Shown: one piece after another, positions 52,216 through 64,000 of the stretch
How the letters are laid out: each line of letters opens with the position of its first letter
Numbering within the stretch: position 1 is the stretch's first letter
Origin: Ostrea edulis
Lineage: Eukaryota
NCBI RefSeq assembly: GCF_947568905.1
Contig: NC_079167.1
Span: forward strand, 22,630,001-22,694,000
Length of the DNA stretch: 64,000 bases
Direction: 5' to 3'
Program-made: the position numbers and the translations under genes
The notes under the pieces: generated by a model
Seen by the model: the letters and a program-made list of their open reading frames with translations, nothing else
What the model was told of the DNA's origin: nothing
Databases searched by the model: none

Positions 52216-52829
52216 TGATTGGAGGTGGTAAAGTTTTTAATGTGTTTTTATTAAAAAAAAATTCTTGCAAAAATAATGGATAAGCCAGGCTATTCTCTAC
52301 AACACATTAATCCTGATGTTCTGGGTATTTTACATAAACATTTTTTTTTTTGTGTTTATTTTTTCTTCACAACCAGATGGCTCTATGATAAGAATTATAA
52401 TACATAATGAGAGACTATTCCTCGACCCAATGACGTTTCCTATAATTTGATAGTGTAAGATGATGTGACAGTGTTTCCCAATGAGTAGGGGGTAATACAT
52501 ATTATGTTGAACACACTCCTGCACCAATATTACATTTTATCACTACAAGAGCATACTTATTGGTTCTAAAAACTTCTCCAAAGAAGTCAGGAGGATTCAA
52601 AGACTAAAATTATGCTTAATAATAAAATAACTTTCTTAAAATTACTGATTAGGAAGTGAAAATGCAAATATTGGTTGTAATTATTTTCATTAAATTCATC
52701 ACAGATTTCCAAAATACAATACATAAAGTGTCACCGTGTAGGTAAAAAAAAAAAGTCAATAAGATAAAGTATTTTCACTTCATCTTATCTCAATTCAATG
52801 ATTTACATCTACCAGGTACATAAACTTCT

Positions 52830-52954
52830 TTAATCACTCTTGTGTGTCATAGGGGGAAATTCATTATCATCGTCCAGTCGTAAATGACCGAGTCCTGATC
52901 CATTCCCCTCCTGATCTGTAGTTCCTTGCTCAAGTTCTTGGTATGGTTGTGATT
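52830..52954 (-). CDS. WIPI2: WIPI2/Atg18 last coding exon (..LRLDDDNEFPPMTHKSD*)
   Basis: tttttctctttCAG acceptor, phase 1, TAA at 52830-52832; resembles the vertebrate WIPI2 C-terminus LRLDEDSEHPPM. Confidence 0.85.
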
Positions 52955-55480
52955 CTGAAAGAGAAAAATATTGATAGTTAATCTGGAATGTTCAAAGATC
53001 CACACCATGTATCTTAAATCTGAATTGTCAAAAAATCCACACAATGTTTATATTCTTCATATTGTCCTTTTCTGCACTGGCAAAACAAAAAGTCTTCTCT
53101 TTTAAAAGTCTAACTTTGAATAATATTGACTAAAATTTTGGAGTAAAGAAATTACAAATTTTTAGGTGAATGTTTTTTGGGGATCGTTCTTCATATACCG
53201 GGTCGATGATCTCCGAGGGTAGGTCAAATTGGCATCTGGTGACATGACTGCAATAAACAGATTCCACAAAGGTCACCTTTAACATAGTTTAGTTAGTACT
53301 GTATTGATCAAGGTCATATTAAAAAAAATATCACTAATGACAAACCATTTGGATGCTTACTTAATGATAAACCATTTGGATGCTTCCTTCAATTTGTAGG
53401 AAAATTAACTTCCATTAAATTTAACACATTTCATACATTCACTATCTAGAAGATGACAACTCTCCTGGTACCATACTGTCCTTCATTCAAGATCCTAAAA
53501 TGTCCTCTTTCCGGTACTAAATTCTTTATCATCAATTGATATAATGTAAGTATTGATAATGAAAATGCTCTCCTTACAGTACTAAATTCTTTATCATCAG
53601 TGTTAATAATCAAAATGCCCTCATTCTGTACTAATGTTTTTATTATTGTTATAATGTAAACATTGATAATTAAAATAAAAATTTACAGGCAGCGCATACA
53701 TGTATACATGTATATGTATGTTAATTTATAATAATTATATTATAGAAAAGATATACACGATTTACAATCTTTAATCACTGTTAGTTTCCATATAATGTGT
53801 GAATTAGACTGAATAAATACAAATTACTTTCACTGACACTTTTATTAGCATTTATAGGTCAATGTATGGCTAAAATTCCACAAACTTCCAAACTTTTGAA
53901 AATATTTTGTACATGACAAGAATTACATAACACACAAAAAAAACACCCCATGCTGAATGAAAATGTGTGATGCATGACTATCTTCCACTTTGAACCATGA
54001 AGCGTGAAATGTAATTAGTTTTTCTGTGGATAGAAATGGGAACACTTCATCATTTCTTTTGATTTAGGTTATAACAATCATTGTGAAAAAAACCCCATTA
54101 TCTTAAAAATCTGTCTGCATGTCAGTGAAGTCTGCTGACTTATTTAGGTGTACATACTCTAGAGGATAATGGCTGTGCAGTCAACTGCAGAACTGAGCTC
54201 TCTGTTGCCAAGAAAATATTGGGACAGATCAGGGATTTTTCTCAGAGAGTACAGTTCTGCAGCTACACATCTACTGCATTGCAAGAAAGATGAAGATTTT
54301 TAAATATAAATTGTAATAGTCTATCATATACTGTGGAGAAAAATCACTGTATGCAAATTATTGCATTGCTAAAGGCTGTTGTACTGAAATATGATTTGAA
54401 AATATCTAAATTGATGAGTAAAAAAAAAAACACCCTACATGCAATGAACATTAAAAAAGTTATTTTCCATTACATTGTGTGGTAAACAATAAATAGAAAT
54501 ATATTCTTGACATCTTTAGATACTACTAAATATTTATCTTTGCAACCATATACTTTAAATTTAGTCCATTTATGGTCACTTTATCATCTATAGAAATAAT
54601 GTTTAAATTATACTTCTTTTTGTTAACAATGCCTTCCGGGGCCCTTCATTGGTCAGTAAAATATCTTGTATCTTGTATATGTATCACAATTTTAGTGAAA
54701 TAAATCAGGTTTGTTGTCCATAAAATGATAAAATTTAAAGCATATCATTAATTTTATCAATATTTCTTTCCTTAAGACATTTTCCCTCTAACATTTACAT
54801 ACCTGGTATTTATTCTTCAAGTAAATGGTTTTTAAAAAACATTCATAATTTTGATGTGCATAAAATGATACATGCAAAAATTAGCCTCAGAATTCTGAAT
54901 GTCAATGATGCTGTACAGTGTATAGCTTAAGGGAAAAAAAATCTGAAGCAGTAACTCAAGGAGACTTCTTACAAAAGTTGATACCATGGAACTGATTCCC
55001 CCACCGGTGCTGTTACCATTAGCTGTTATTCCAGAGATATGACATGGTCCCTATGTATCATATAAGTTTGTTTGCGAGTATATGAATTTGGTAACATTTA
55101 TAAAATACATTTGTTTTGTACTATGTGTTGTACTTTTCATGAATATTCATCAAATTAGAACAGTCAGAATCTCGGTAAAATTTTCTATATAAAGTTACAT
55201 GCACTAAACCGCTGTTATATTTTAAACTTTACATATCAAGCTTTTATCATCAACATGTCTAAAACCTTAAAATTTCAAAATAAGCATTGTATTGACCTCA
55301 AAAATGTCAGTAATTGTTTAATATTGCCTCTCTACTGTAAACATCACACATATGATACATATATCCATGCCTCTCTATGCAGGAAGGTTCCGAAGGCTAA
55401 TGTTGTCTACAAGATGCAGGTGTAAAACTCTGGTATTCTCTTTAGCGGACATAAAAAAAATCGCACAAAAAAATCATTAC

Positions 55481-55782
55481 CTGGGTCATACAATATCGCA
55501 TCAATTTCACAAGAGGGGCTGAGTGGCTCACTGACTTCCTGTGGGCCCCCTTTCCTCTTCAACACCGCCGCATAGCTCCCAATCACATGACCTGGGGCCA
55601 CACAGACGGGGGAAGGTGGTGCCCCCTGGTTGCTGGACTCCCAAGCCTTACCTGGTGGTACAACTGAAGACTCAGGCTTCTTGACTGATGAGGCATAACT
55701 GGGGCCGGTTGAGGGATGGGTCAAAGGTCGATCATGGGAAGTGACGTCTGGTACAGGGCTGTCTCCTGCTCTGCCGTCTAGC
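55481..55782 (-). CDS. WIPI2: WIPI2 exon (LDGRAGDSPVPD...); alternative donor at 55652
   Basis: CAG acceptor; LDG follows QHR as in WIPI2; two CCAG|GTAA donors, both phase 1. Confidence 0.8.
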
Positions 55783-56300
55783 CTGAATGCAACATGAACA
55801 CAAATACATGTACATGTATTTACATCTAGCCTGAATGTAACATCAACACAAATACATGTATTTACATGTATATCAAATAAAGCTAAACAAAATATAATCC
55901 GATCACCAACGTATCAACACAAATACATGTACACCCTGCATATCTATATCAGATAAAGCTAGACAAAAAATAAATAAACCGATCACTAACAAATCGCAAG
56001 AATGCACAAAAAACATTTATCAACAAAATAGATTTACTTGGTGCGTTATAACAATGCGTGGTAATCTGTTTATATGTTTTAGTTTACAACTTTAGATCCA
56101 GACCCTATTGAATACCACCTGGTATCCACTCGTGAGAATCTACGAAATGTTTAACCTTAAGGTGCTGGTTTCCAGCTAAGACTTTGCAAAATATCAATAC
56201 TCAAATTATGGAATTAAACACATTTATTTCAGCAAATGAAAGAAAAGAAAAAGAGAGACAACTCTAACAAGATTGGCTGGTGTAACCCAAATGATTTTAC

Positions 56301-56408
56301 CTGTGTTGTCTTAATAGCATGCACTCTCCCCCTTCATTTGGATCCAAGTTATAGATGTACAGGTAACCATCTTCAGAAACAACCAGCTGTCTTGGTACTT
56401 TCTGTATC
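56301..56408 (-). CDS. WIPI2: WIPI2 exon ([35 protein letters not shown])
   Basis: 108 nt, GT-AG, phase-compatible; recognisable WIPI2 blade 7. Absent from the ORF track. Confidence 0.95.
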
Positions 56409-56619
56409 CTGTAAATTTCAAGTTCATTTTCTGCTCAACCTCGACTAGTCAAGTTGAAAACCGATATTCAAAAGATCTGACAACTCATCAATCATAATAA
56501 TATGTGCATTACTTTGTTTTGATGAAAGATTATTTTCATGAGATGTACAAAAAAGCTTGCAAAATCATTATATCTTATCTTGATGCCACAAGAAAGGAGA
56601 AGATAAAATCTGTATATTA

Positions 56620-56740
56620 TAACCTGTAAATGATAATCTGTAAACAATAATCTGTTAATGATAATCTGTAAATGATAATCTGAAAACGATAATCTGAAAA
56701 CGATAATCTGAAAATGATAATCTGTAAATAATAATCTGAC
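56620..56740 (+). repeat. ~14-bp tandem repeat (ataatctgtaaatg) abutting a WIPI2 donor
   Basis: ~9 copies seen directly. Confidence 0.85.
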
Positions 56741-56744
56741 TTAC

Positions 56745-56912
56745 GTGGCTAGAGCACAGACGTTGTGCATTCCTGAGTTTGGTAAGCGGGCAGTGGCAAA
56801 AGCTCGGCCCTGGTTGAACATCTCGGTCATCTGACTAGGTAAGTAAGTGGCAGAGGACTTCAGAGCTTGACCGAAGTAGCCCATCCAGCCCTGAGGTTCC
56901 TGTTCAGCAGGC
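56745..56912 (-). CDS. WIPI2: WIPI2 exon ([14 protein letters not shown]...[15 protein letters not shown])
   Basis: 168 nt, GT-AG; the amphipathic loop region and MFNQGRAFA motif. Confidence 0.95.
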
Positions 56913-57415
56913 CTAAGGAGGTAAAATATGTATACTATCATGAAAAAGAAAAATTCCCCAACTCTGGAACTCTAGTAATAATTTATATCTGGGATGCCAC
57001 CCCAAAAAAAGCAACACAAAATAATGCTCATTTAAAAATGACAGCAAATTACAACTACTGTGAGAGACTTCACTGGATTTAGCAGACTGAGCAATTGAAT
57101 TCAAGCCAAATTTACACAAATATTGGATTTCTTCATTATATATGGAAACGATTATTCACAAAAGCTTATGTTCATAACAAGTTTTCCCGTGAAATTTCGC
57201 GAAAATAAAGTTCTTGTGAATAGAGTGATTTATAGTCTCACATTTCCGATGATAATCAATTTGTAACACAGAAAGTTGTGAAGATTTAAATTGTATGCAG
57301 AGCTGGTGAATCATTTTGTGCATGATTGTCTGAAACAATAATCAAAGCATCTGTCACACATCAATTTCATTACATTTTATTTCTGAATCTGAAAGAGAAC
57401 TGCAGTGTGTCGTAC

Positions 57416-57523
57416 CTGTCTTTGGGGACCTCTAATTTAAATATGTGAACAGTCTCTGTATTACTGGAGGCAGAGAGGAAGAGGGAGTCCGTACTGAAGG
57501 CCAGGGAATAAATACTTGCACAC
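57416..57523 (-). CDS. WIPI2: WIPI2 exon ([10 protein letters not shown]...[13 protein letters not shown])
   Basis: 108 nt, GT-AG; conserved PROPPIN motif. Confidence 0.97.
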
Positions 57524-58196
57524 CTACAGACAAAAATCAAATGTTTTACACATATTATAAAGACAGCAAACACACAACTTGTATAAAAACAACAGTTCAC
57601 ACTGTCCAATGCACCCAATAGTAGTAATCAAAGAAAAGGATTAACATTCAAATAAACCATTATTTAGTCACAAAATGACTCTAGAAGTGTTCTCTCAACA
57701 CTTTTGCTGATATTGGAGAATAATAATAAAATGATAGTTCTTAGACAGCTTTGTTAAACATCAAATTGAAAAATTATTTCAGTTTAATAAAATATGAGGC
57801 AAGAAGCAAAATGATTACATTTCGATATACATGTATATCACACACAACGGAGAACATGTACTACAAATCTGATGAGTCTTTTTAGTACTGTTATCCATGA
57901 AAGTATGACCTTGAGAAATATCACCATGGAAACATCATCGCAAGCCACGTCTATTGTTTCTGTTTACGCGCACTACTGGACTCAGTAACCGTGACTAGCG
58001 ATGATGGGAAAAAGTGTGTAGCAGCTATGTTTATCTTTGCCTTATCAGCATTGTTTTTTACCTCCCACATTGTGCTGAAGAACAAGACAACAAACAGATA
58101 CACAGACAACTGAAGCATATCTGACCCACACCCACTTATGATTGATGAATATGTATATCAATTATTATCATTTTTGCCTTAGTAGTACTGTTTCTA

Positions 58197-58349
58197 CAGT
58201 CAAACCTTGTTCTTTTGATCTCAATGGGACCGAGAAAGATATCCAAGTGTTTGAGATATTGAGGTTAAAATACATAAAGAAAATGTAGTTGGGACTTCCA
58301 ACTCACTCAGACATATCCATGTTATTCGAGATATCAAAGTTCCACTGTA
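58197..58349. mobile_element. Tc1/mariner-like MITE
   Basis: TAcagtcaaacct ... aagttccactgTA termini. Confidence 0.55.
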
Positions 58350-58655
58350 TCTTGTTTTGAGACTATAAAATTATTCATATAAATTTATCCTTGACCTTCG
58401 ATTTATGACCTTTTTTCTCTTATCATAAGGAACATTATACCAAGTTTGAAGATCCTGGTTGTATTAAGTCTTGTTTTGTTTGGCCAACAATGAGCTGAGA
58501 GACGGACAGATGCACTGTGCTATAATATAATACGACCTACCTACGACAGGAATAAAAAAAAGTCTTGTTGAATTACTTGCAAATCAATTCTGATTTGACA
58601 AAAAGATAAAAAGGAAAAAGTTTTTGATGTACTAAGTTTGCATGTCCATACTTAC

Positions 58656-58726
58656 CTTTTCACGCCCCTTCTGAACTCAAAGAGTTTCTGTCCATCGGGG
58701 ATTGAAAATACCCTTATCACTGTACC
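58656..58726 (-). CDS. WIPI2: WIPI2 exon (GTVIRVFSIPDGQKLFEFRRGVK)
   Basis: 71 nt, GTAAGT donor; intact FRRG phosphoinositide-binding motif. Confidence 0.97.
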
Positions 58727-58849
58727 CTACAATCAAGGTAAAACAAAGTTTGATACAAAGTCTCATCAAATGCTCTTCAATATTCAGAACAAAGTCAACA
58801 AAAGTAATGATCTGATGTAAATTTTAGAGGATGAATTCCTGTGACTGAC

Positions 58850-58942
58850 CTTTTCTGAAGCAGTGGCTAGTTTGGTTCCTTGAGCATTGAAAGCGAGTGA
58901 TGCCAGAGGGTTATCATGTGCTGGTATCATGGTCACCGCCCT
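58850..58942 (-). CDS. WIPI2: WIPI2 exon ([31 protein letters not shown])
   Basis: 93 nt, phase 0, GT-AG. Confidence 0.97.
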
Positions 58943-59154
58943 CTGAAAAGAAATTCAAGGACATCCTTCACTAAAATGTCAAAACAATAAAATCTTATGT
59001 AATTCTATTATACAGCTGTAATTACAATCCATATAAATAGATTTTGTTTCCCACACCTAATATCATAATTTGTACTTCTGCACACTGAAAAGATTATCAT
59101 TCAATTCAAACAGCTAACTAACTGAATATAATATATACAAAAATATTTAGAAAA

Positions 59155-61135
59155 AAAGAGACCCATGGGCACAATGCTGACCTGAGCCCTGGTGTTTTTC
59201 AGATGAAAATTATTTTCCATGTACAATTTTGACCCCATATTATGAACCTAAAGCTAGCCCATGATGTCATGATTTATCCGAACTTGAATCCACACAACAT
59301 CGAGATGCTTCAATATCAATACTAGTGACACAGCTTTCCTGGTCTGAAGAATATTTTTGAATTCCTACATTCACATATTATGTGTAGGGTCCACACAGCT
59401 TTGAAATGTTTACATATCAATAAGATTTGATGTCACTCTTGTGAAGATTTTTTTTTTGATTTCCTGTATATTGCTATGTAATACTTTAGCCCCACCCTAG
59501 CCCCAGACTAGAGGCCATGATTTGATTAAATATGAATCTGCACTACTTTGGAATTCTTGCATGTTGATATGGCTAATCATGACCAGTGATTCATAAGGAG
59601 GTTTTTTAAGTACTGATCAACAGTCCATGTAAAATTTTGGCCCCACCCTACCTCCCAGAACCATGATTCAAAAAACTTGAATCTACACTATCTTAATCTT
59701 GGTTCAGATTCATCTCGGCTGGATACCAGTATTTGGATTGAAACCGTCAGGCCCCAAGTCCAAATATCCAGCTGAGCCAAATCTCACTCAAGATTAGCAC
59801 TACCTGAGAATGATTGCAAGACTAATCAAGACCCTGTTCTTCAAGAGAAGGTTTTTTATTTTTCTTCCCATAAACTTCGAATCCATATTATGGCCCATAC
59901 CCACCCCTGGGGCATTGATTTGAACAAACTTGAATCACGATCCTGCTGTTCTATGTTTTATGCAAAACTTTGATCCTTTATGGCCCCACCTTGCCCCCCC
60001 CCCCTCCCCCCCCCCCCCCCCCTCCTGAGTAACAACATGAATAGACCTGCACTATCTGAGGTCGCTTGCATATTAATATGACTAATCATAGCCCTGCTAT
60101 TTTTGAGAGGGTTTTTCCAACAAAATACCATGTAAAACTTTGATCATCTATTGAGACCCAATCTTACCCCCAAGCCATGGTTTGACAATCTTGAATCTGC
60201 ACTACCTAGAAATGCTTACATATTATGTTGACTAGTCATGTTCCTGCTGTTCTTAAGAAGATATTTAATGATTATTCCCTAGGCCTCACCCTAACACTCT
60301 GGGGTCATGATTTGAAGAAACTTGAATCTGCACTACCCGAGAATGCTTGCATATCTAATAGACTAATTATGGGCTGGCTGTTGTCGAGAATATGACTTTG
60401 AAAATTATTTTCTGTATATTTTATGAAAAAATTTGACCCCCTATCATGGCCCCATCCTTTCCCCTGTGCCATCATTTGAACAATTATATATGTATCAAGG
60501 TCTTTTATGAGTTTCATATTTTCTAGCCCAGTGGTTCTTCAGGGCTTGAAACTAACTTTTTATGTCACCAGTCCAGCCGGACTGATGGAGTATAATTTCA
60601 ACCAGTCTGCAGAAAAAATTACCAGTCCAACAGAGTTTTCCAGAAATAATTAAACATATTTCGTTAATGTTATCAAAATGAAATTTAACTCAATATGCCT
60701 CAGACAATATCGTAACACTAATGTTGGATTTATAATTTACGAATCAAATTTGTCTGATATCTACAGATCGAAGCATGTCAAATGTGTGTATAAGATTTCA
60801 TAAGTATATTTTCCAAAATGATGCTTTAGAAAATTAACCAGTCCTATCAGACTAACAAAAACAAATGTCACTCAGTTTGCCAGACTTTTGACCAGTCACA
60901 GACTGACGGGCATATACTACTTGCGAGCCTTGTTCTTGTGAGCAAGATGCACTCTATTTTTTTTTCTTGATCATCTTCTTTTAGAAGGGGACATGACTCT
61001 TCATTTGAACAATTTTGAATCGCCTTTACCCAGGGAAGTTCTGTACAAAATTTGGAAACCCAGTGGTTTTAGAGAAGAATGTAAGAATTTACAAATATCA
61101 AGTAATCAGAAAAACTCACTTGAACTTTGAGCTAA
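59155..61135 (+). mobile_element. Decayed Helentron-type / Cg170-like array in a WIPI2 intron, with a nested hAT-like insert (60540-60932)
   Basis: Repeated ttgaatctgcactac units; insert ends cagggcttgaaa / ttgcgagccttg interrupt a cagtggttctt..gag motif. Confidence 0.65.
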
Positions 61136-61154
61136 AAACAATGAAATATCTTAC

Positions 61155-61349
61155 CAGGTTGATTGTGTCAAATATCTGCACTTCCCCTATCTGGTTACTA
61201 CCGGGGTAGGCCAAGAAGCAGTTGTCATTGTTGATGGACAGTGCACACAAACCATGGTGGTTAGGAGGCGTGTCTCGGATCGTGTGAAGGACCTTCATGT
61301 CTCGTATATTGTGGATGTATAAACTCTCTTCTAAACATACTATCAGCCG
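61155..61349 (-). CDS. WIPI2: WIPI2 exon ([30 protein letters not shown]...FDTINL); upstream exons not found in window
   Basis: 195 nt, phase 0, GT-AG; closely matches my recollection of WIPI2. Confidence 0.97.
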
Positions 61350-61444
61350 CTGTAATAAGACAAATGGATTCTTATAGTCTACACAATGTCACTGTGAAAG
61401 TATAATAAGTGCCTTTGATTTCTCTACAAATTGTAATGATAACC

Positions 61445-61544
61445 CACAGTGGCTAACCCCGTTTTGGGCCCAAACTCTGTGATACCAAAAATCTATATTA
61501 ATGGTATCACAGAGTTAGGGCCCAAAACAGGCTTAGCCCCTGTG
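61445..61544. mobile_element. 100-bp fold-back MITE with 8-bp TSD
   Basis: TGATAACC|cacagtggctaa...ttagcccctgtg|TGATAACC; ~43-bp near-perfect arms. Confidence 0.85.
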
Positions 61545-61710
61545 TGATAACCATTTTCTCATGAATGCATAGCTGCAATAATGTAACCCTATCCATTTTT
61601 TTTATTCTGATGTTTTCACTGAAAAAAAATATCTGAGAGGGCTACATTATTGCAGCTAATGAATGCATTGCAGTTGTAAGCAACGTGAGTGTGAATACAT
61701 ATAAATATAG

Positions 61711-61862
61711 TACACGAAAGGTGAAGATAACAAACAGTGATCAATCTCATAACTCCTATAAGGAATACAAACTAAAGAGTTAAGCAAGCACGGACGTCTG
61801 GACATACCGCCAGGTGCCTAGTAGGAGTAAGCATCCCCTGTCGACCAGTCACACCCGCCGTG
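61711..61862 (-). mobile_element. Penelope-like (Naiad-type) 3' UTR fragment
   Basis: Reverse complement of the shared 3' UTR. Confidence 0.7.
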
Positions 61863-62081
61863 ACTATTTTAATGGCTGGGAATTCCAACAGCAATGAAAG
61901 AATGTAATTATAAGAAACAAACTTCTGTTTTGAAAATACATGAGGGTATGAACTGTGACGCTTCATGCCAGCATACTTTTCATGAAGCGTTAATACATCA
62001 CAGTTTGTACCATCTTGTTCTTTTCAAAATGAAATTGATCTCTTCAATAACAAACAGAATACAGACAAAACAATTCTTGCA

Positions 62082-62177
62082 TGCTTTACTCTGCACTAAA
62101 CTCGATCTCGGATTGCTTTACTCTGCACTAAACTCGATCTCGGATTGCTTTACTCTGCACTAAACTCGATCTCGGAT
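62082..62177 (+). repeat. 32-bp exact tandem repeat x3
   Basis: tgctttactctgcactaaactcgatctcggat x3. Confidence 0.95.
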
Positions 62178-64000
62178 GCATTTGCAGATTACGTAAATGT
62201 ATTGATATTTGTGTTTGCTGCCTGATTGGTTATCAGCTGATCTTTAGAAATCGTAGTGTGAGCTAAAGACAAATTAACAACATTCTTTCAGTATTACAAC
62301 ACTGTTATTTTCACATCTGATCTATTGCTGACATTGTTGAAAAATATTGATTGTAGTCTGGTGCATTATAATTAATGATGAGTGAGCTTTCATTTACAAG
62401 GACAAATCAAGCTGCCAAACTTTGCACATGTTGCTATTTTCTATGCATATAGAGAAACTTATCAAGCAATATTCTATAGACATTTTTGTAAGAGAATAAA
62501 ACTCCCAAGGTTGTGGAATACTCATAATCATCATCATCCATTTTTATTAATTATCCATGCCTTTTATCAATCCTTGCAAGGGTGAGGTTATATGCATTCA
62601 TCTACATTAATACAGACACACAGTTATGCAGGTAACAATAAAAAAATATTTTCCCTAACAATGCAACCATTATGTAAACTGTAGGAAATATACAAGACCA
62701 CTATCAAGCCCATTCAATACATTTTCTCGATATTTCAATTGCAAGTGTTTCTGACATGTCTAATGCAGCAAAAGAATTAAGCAATATGTTTTTAATTGAA
62801 TCTTGGTGAATAAATTTCAGCAGCGCTTCAGTAAAGAATTTTTAAATTATCTGTCTGTATATGGAGTGATGTTTATCACACATATTGCTTCTATTTTATA
62901 CTTTAAATGTCTGCATGTATTAATTCACACTAGCTCACACACACACACACTGCTCATATCAATATTTGAAACCATTCAATATTATCAACATACATGTTCC
63001 TTGTGTTTCAACATTATCATAAGTACATATTGCCTTAACAAAGCTGGCTCACTGCATATGATATCATTTGATCGTCTTGGTTACTGGGAGTACAAGACCA
63101 ACAGTCTGGTACCATAATTTATTACCAGACTGTTAACAGGCACTGTCCCTTGGTGCCCCTGTAATCAAGTCAACAATTCATACTTTCTTTAACACTTCGT
63201 ACAATTGTTTTCATTTATATGATTATTTTATTCTAACCTCCCTGCTTTAGTATAACGCATTCAGAACAACTGGATCCTGCATGTACATGTGTTTTATACT
63301 TGCATACTGTACTTACTATAGTATAATTATACCGATTTGATTACAATTTTATATATATTCACACAACATTATCATTATCCGCTGTCTCTGAAACTGGCAC
63401 TGTCCTTAGATGTGTGAAGCAGTTGGGTTATTTTATTGTATATATCATGTTGTTGATTTAAATGTTGTCTGCAATCAGTATTTCGTATATAATTATAAAT
63501 GTGTGCAGTGCAGAAATATGAACTCTGACAGTATTAGTACTTCTGAATGATTGTTATTTTCATTGTTATAATTAATTGCTTGTTAACCTGCACATGCTCC
63601 CTGAGGGCCCTTGATTGGTGAATAAACAATAAACATGTTATTTATTGCTCCCTGGGGTATCAGTTTAAATTCAGACCTTACTTTCACATTGTTTTGTCAA
63701 AAGTGAAAGTAGTATCTAAATTTAATGTGAAAGGGAGGATTTAAATTTAATTAGTTTGTCAAGAGTATTTACTGGTCTCTAAATATATTGGTCCTTTTTT
63801 TCACCAGAAGAGGAAAACTTTTAAGGACCACTGAATAAACATATACAAACCAACCTTAATTTAAATGGCCTTTATCATGATGTAGCTGCAGCACAGTAGC
63901 TTTCTTGGAAAAATTGCATTGACCCAAAGAACTACATCTAATTATAAAAACAATTGCAACTTTTATGCCCATGATTTAGGCATTATATATATAAATCTGT

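Noticed and set aside
57865-57905. CTGATGA...GAAA hammerhead-like core
   Set aside because: No flanking helices could be formed.
63100-63134. 12-bp stem hairpin aacagtctggta/taccagactgtt
   Set aside because: Short, intronic and within chance or MITE-remnant expectation.

Overview
AT-rich, repeat-dense eukaryotic DNA, most likely an oyster (Ostreidae, bivalve mollusc), inferred from Cg170-like ~166-bp satellite units inside Helentron-type elements and bivalve-type SINEs. It is not prokaryotic: no CRISPR, rRNA or intact tRNA was seen. I assembled three spliced minus-strand genes by hand, all missed or fragmented by the ORF track. (1) A secreted protein of at least 923 aa: signal-peptide exon 6312-6382 spliced in phase to a 2.7-kb exon that runs off the left edge. 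It has a basic N-terminus and a long Asp/Glu/Ser-rich repetitive tail, a candidate shell-matrix/biomineralisation phosphoprotein. (2) A 7-exon, all-phase-0, 156-aa basic protein I do not recognise (CDS 16264-18514), with NLS- and NES-like motifs and a triple-CRE/CCAAT promoter candidate. (3) The 3' eight coding exons of WIPI2/Atg18 (52830-61349), with two in-frame alternative donors. The rest is minisatellites (22, 28, 41, 43 bp), Helentron-type non-autonomous elements, Penelope-like (Naiad-type) RT 3' fragments, tRNA-derived SINEs, TTAA Kolobok-like MITEs, a 2.6-kb long-TIR Mutator-like element with a 9-bp TSD, small hairpin MITEs and a 148-N gap. All family assignments come from motif recognition, not database searches.
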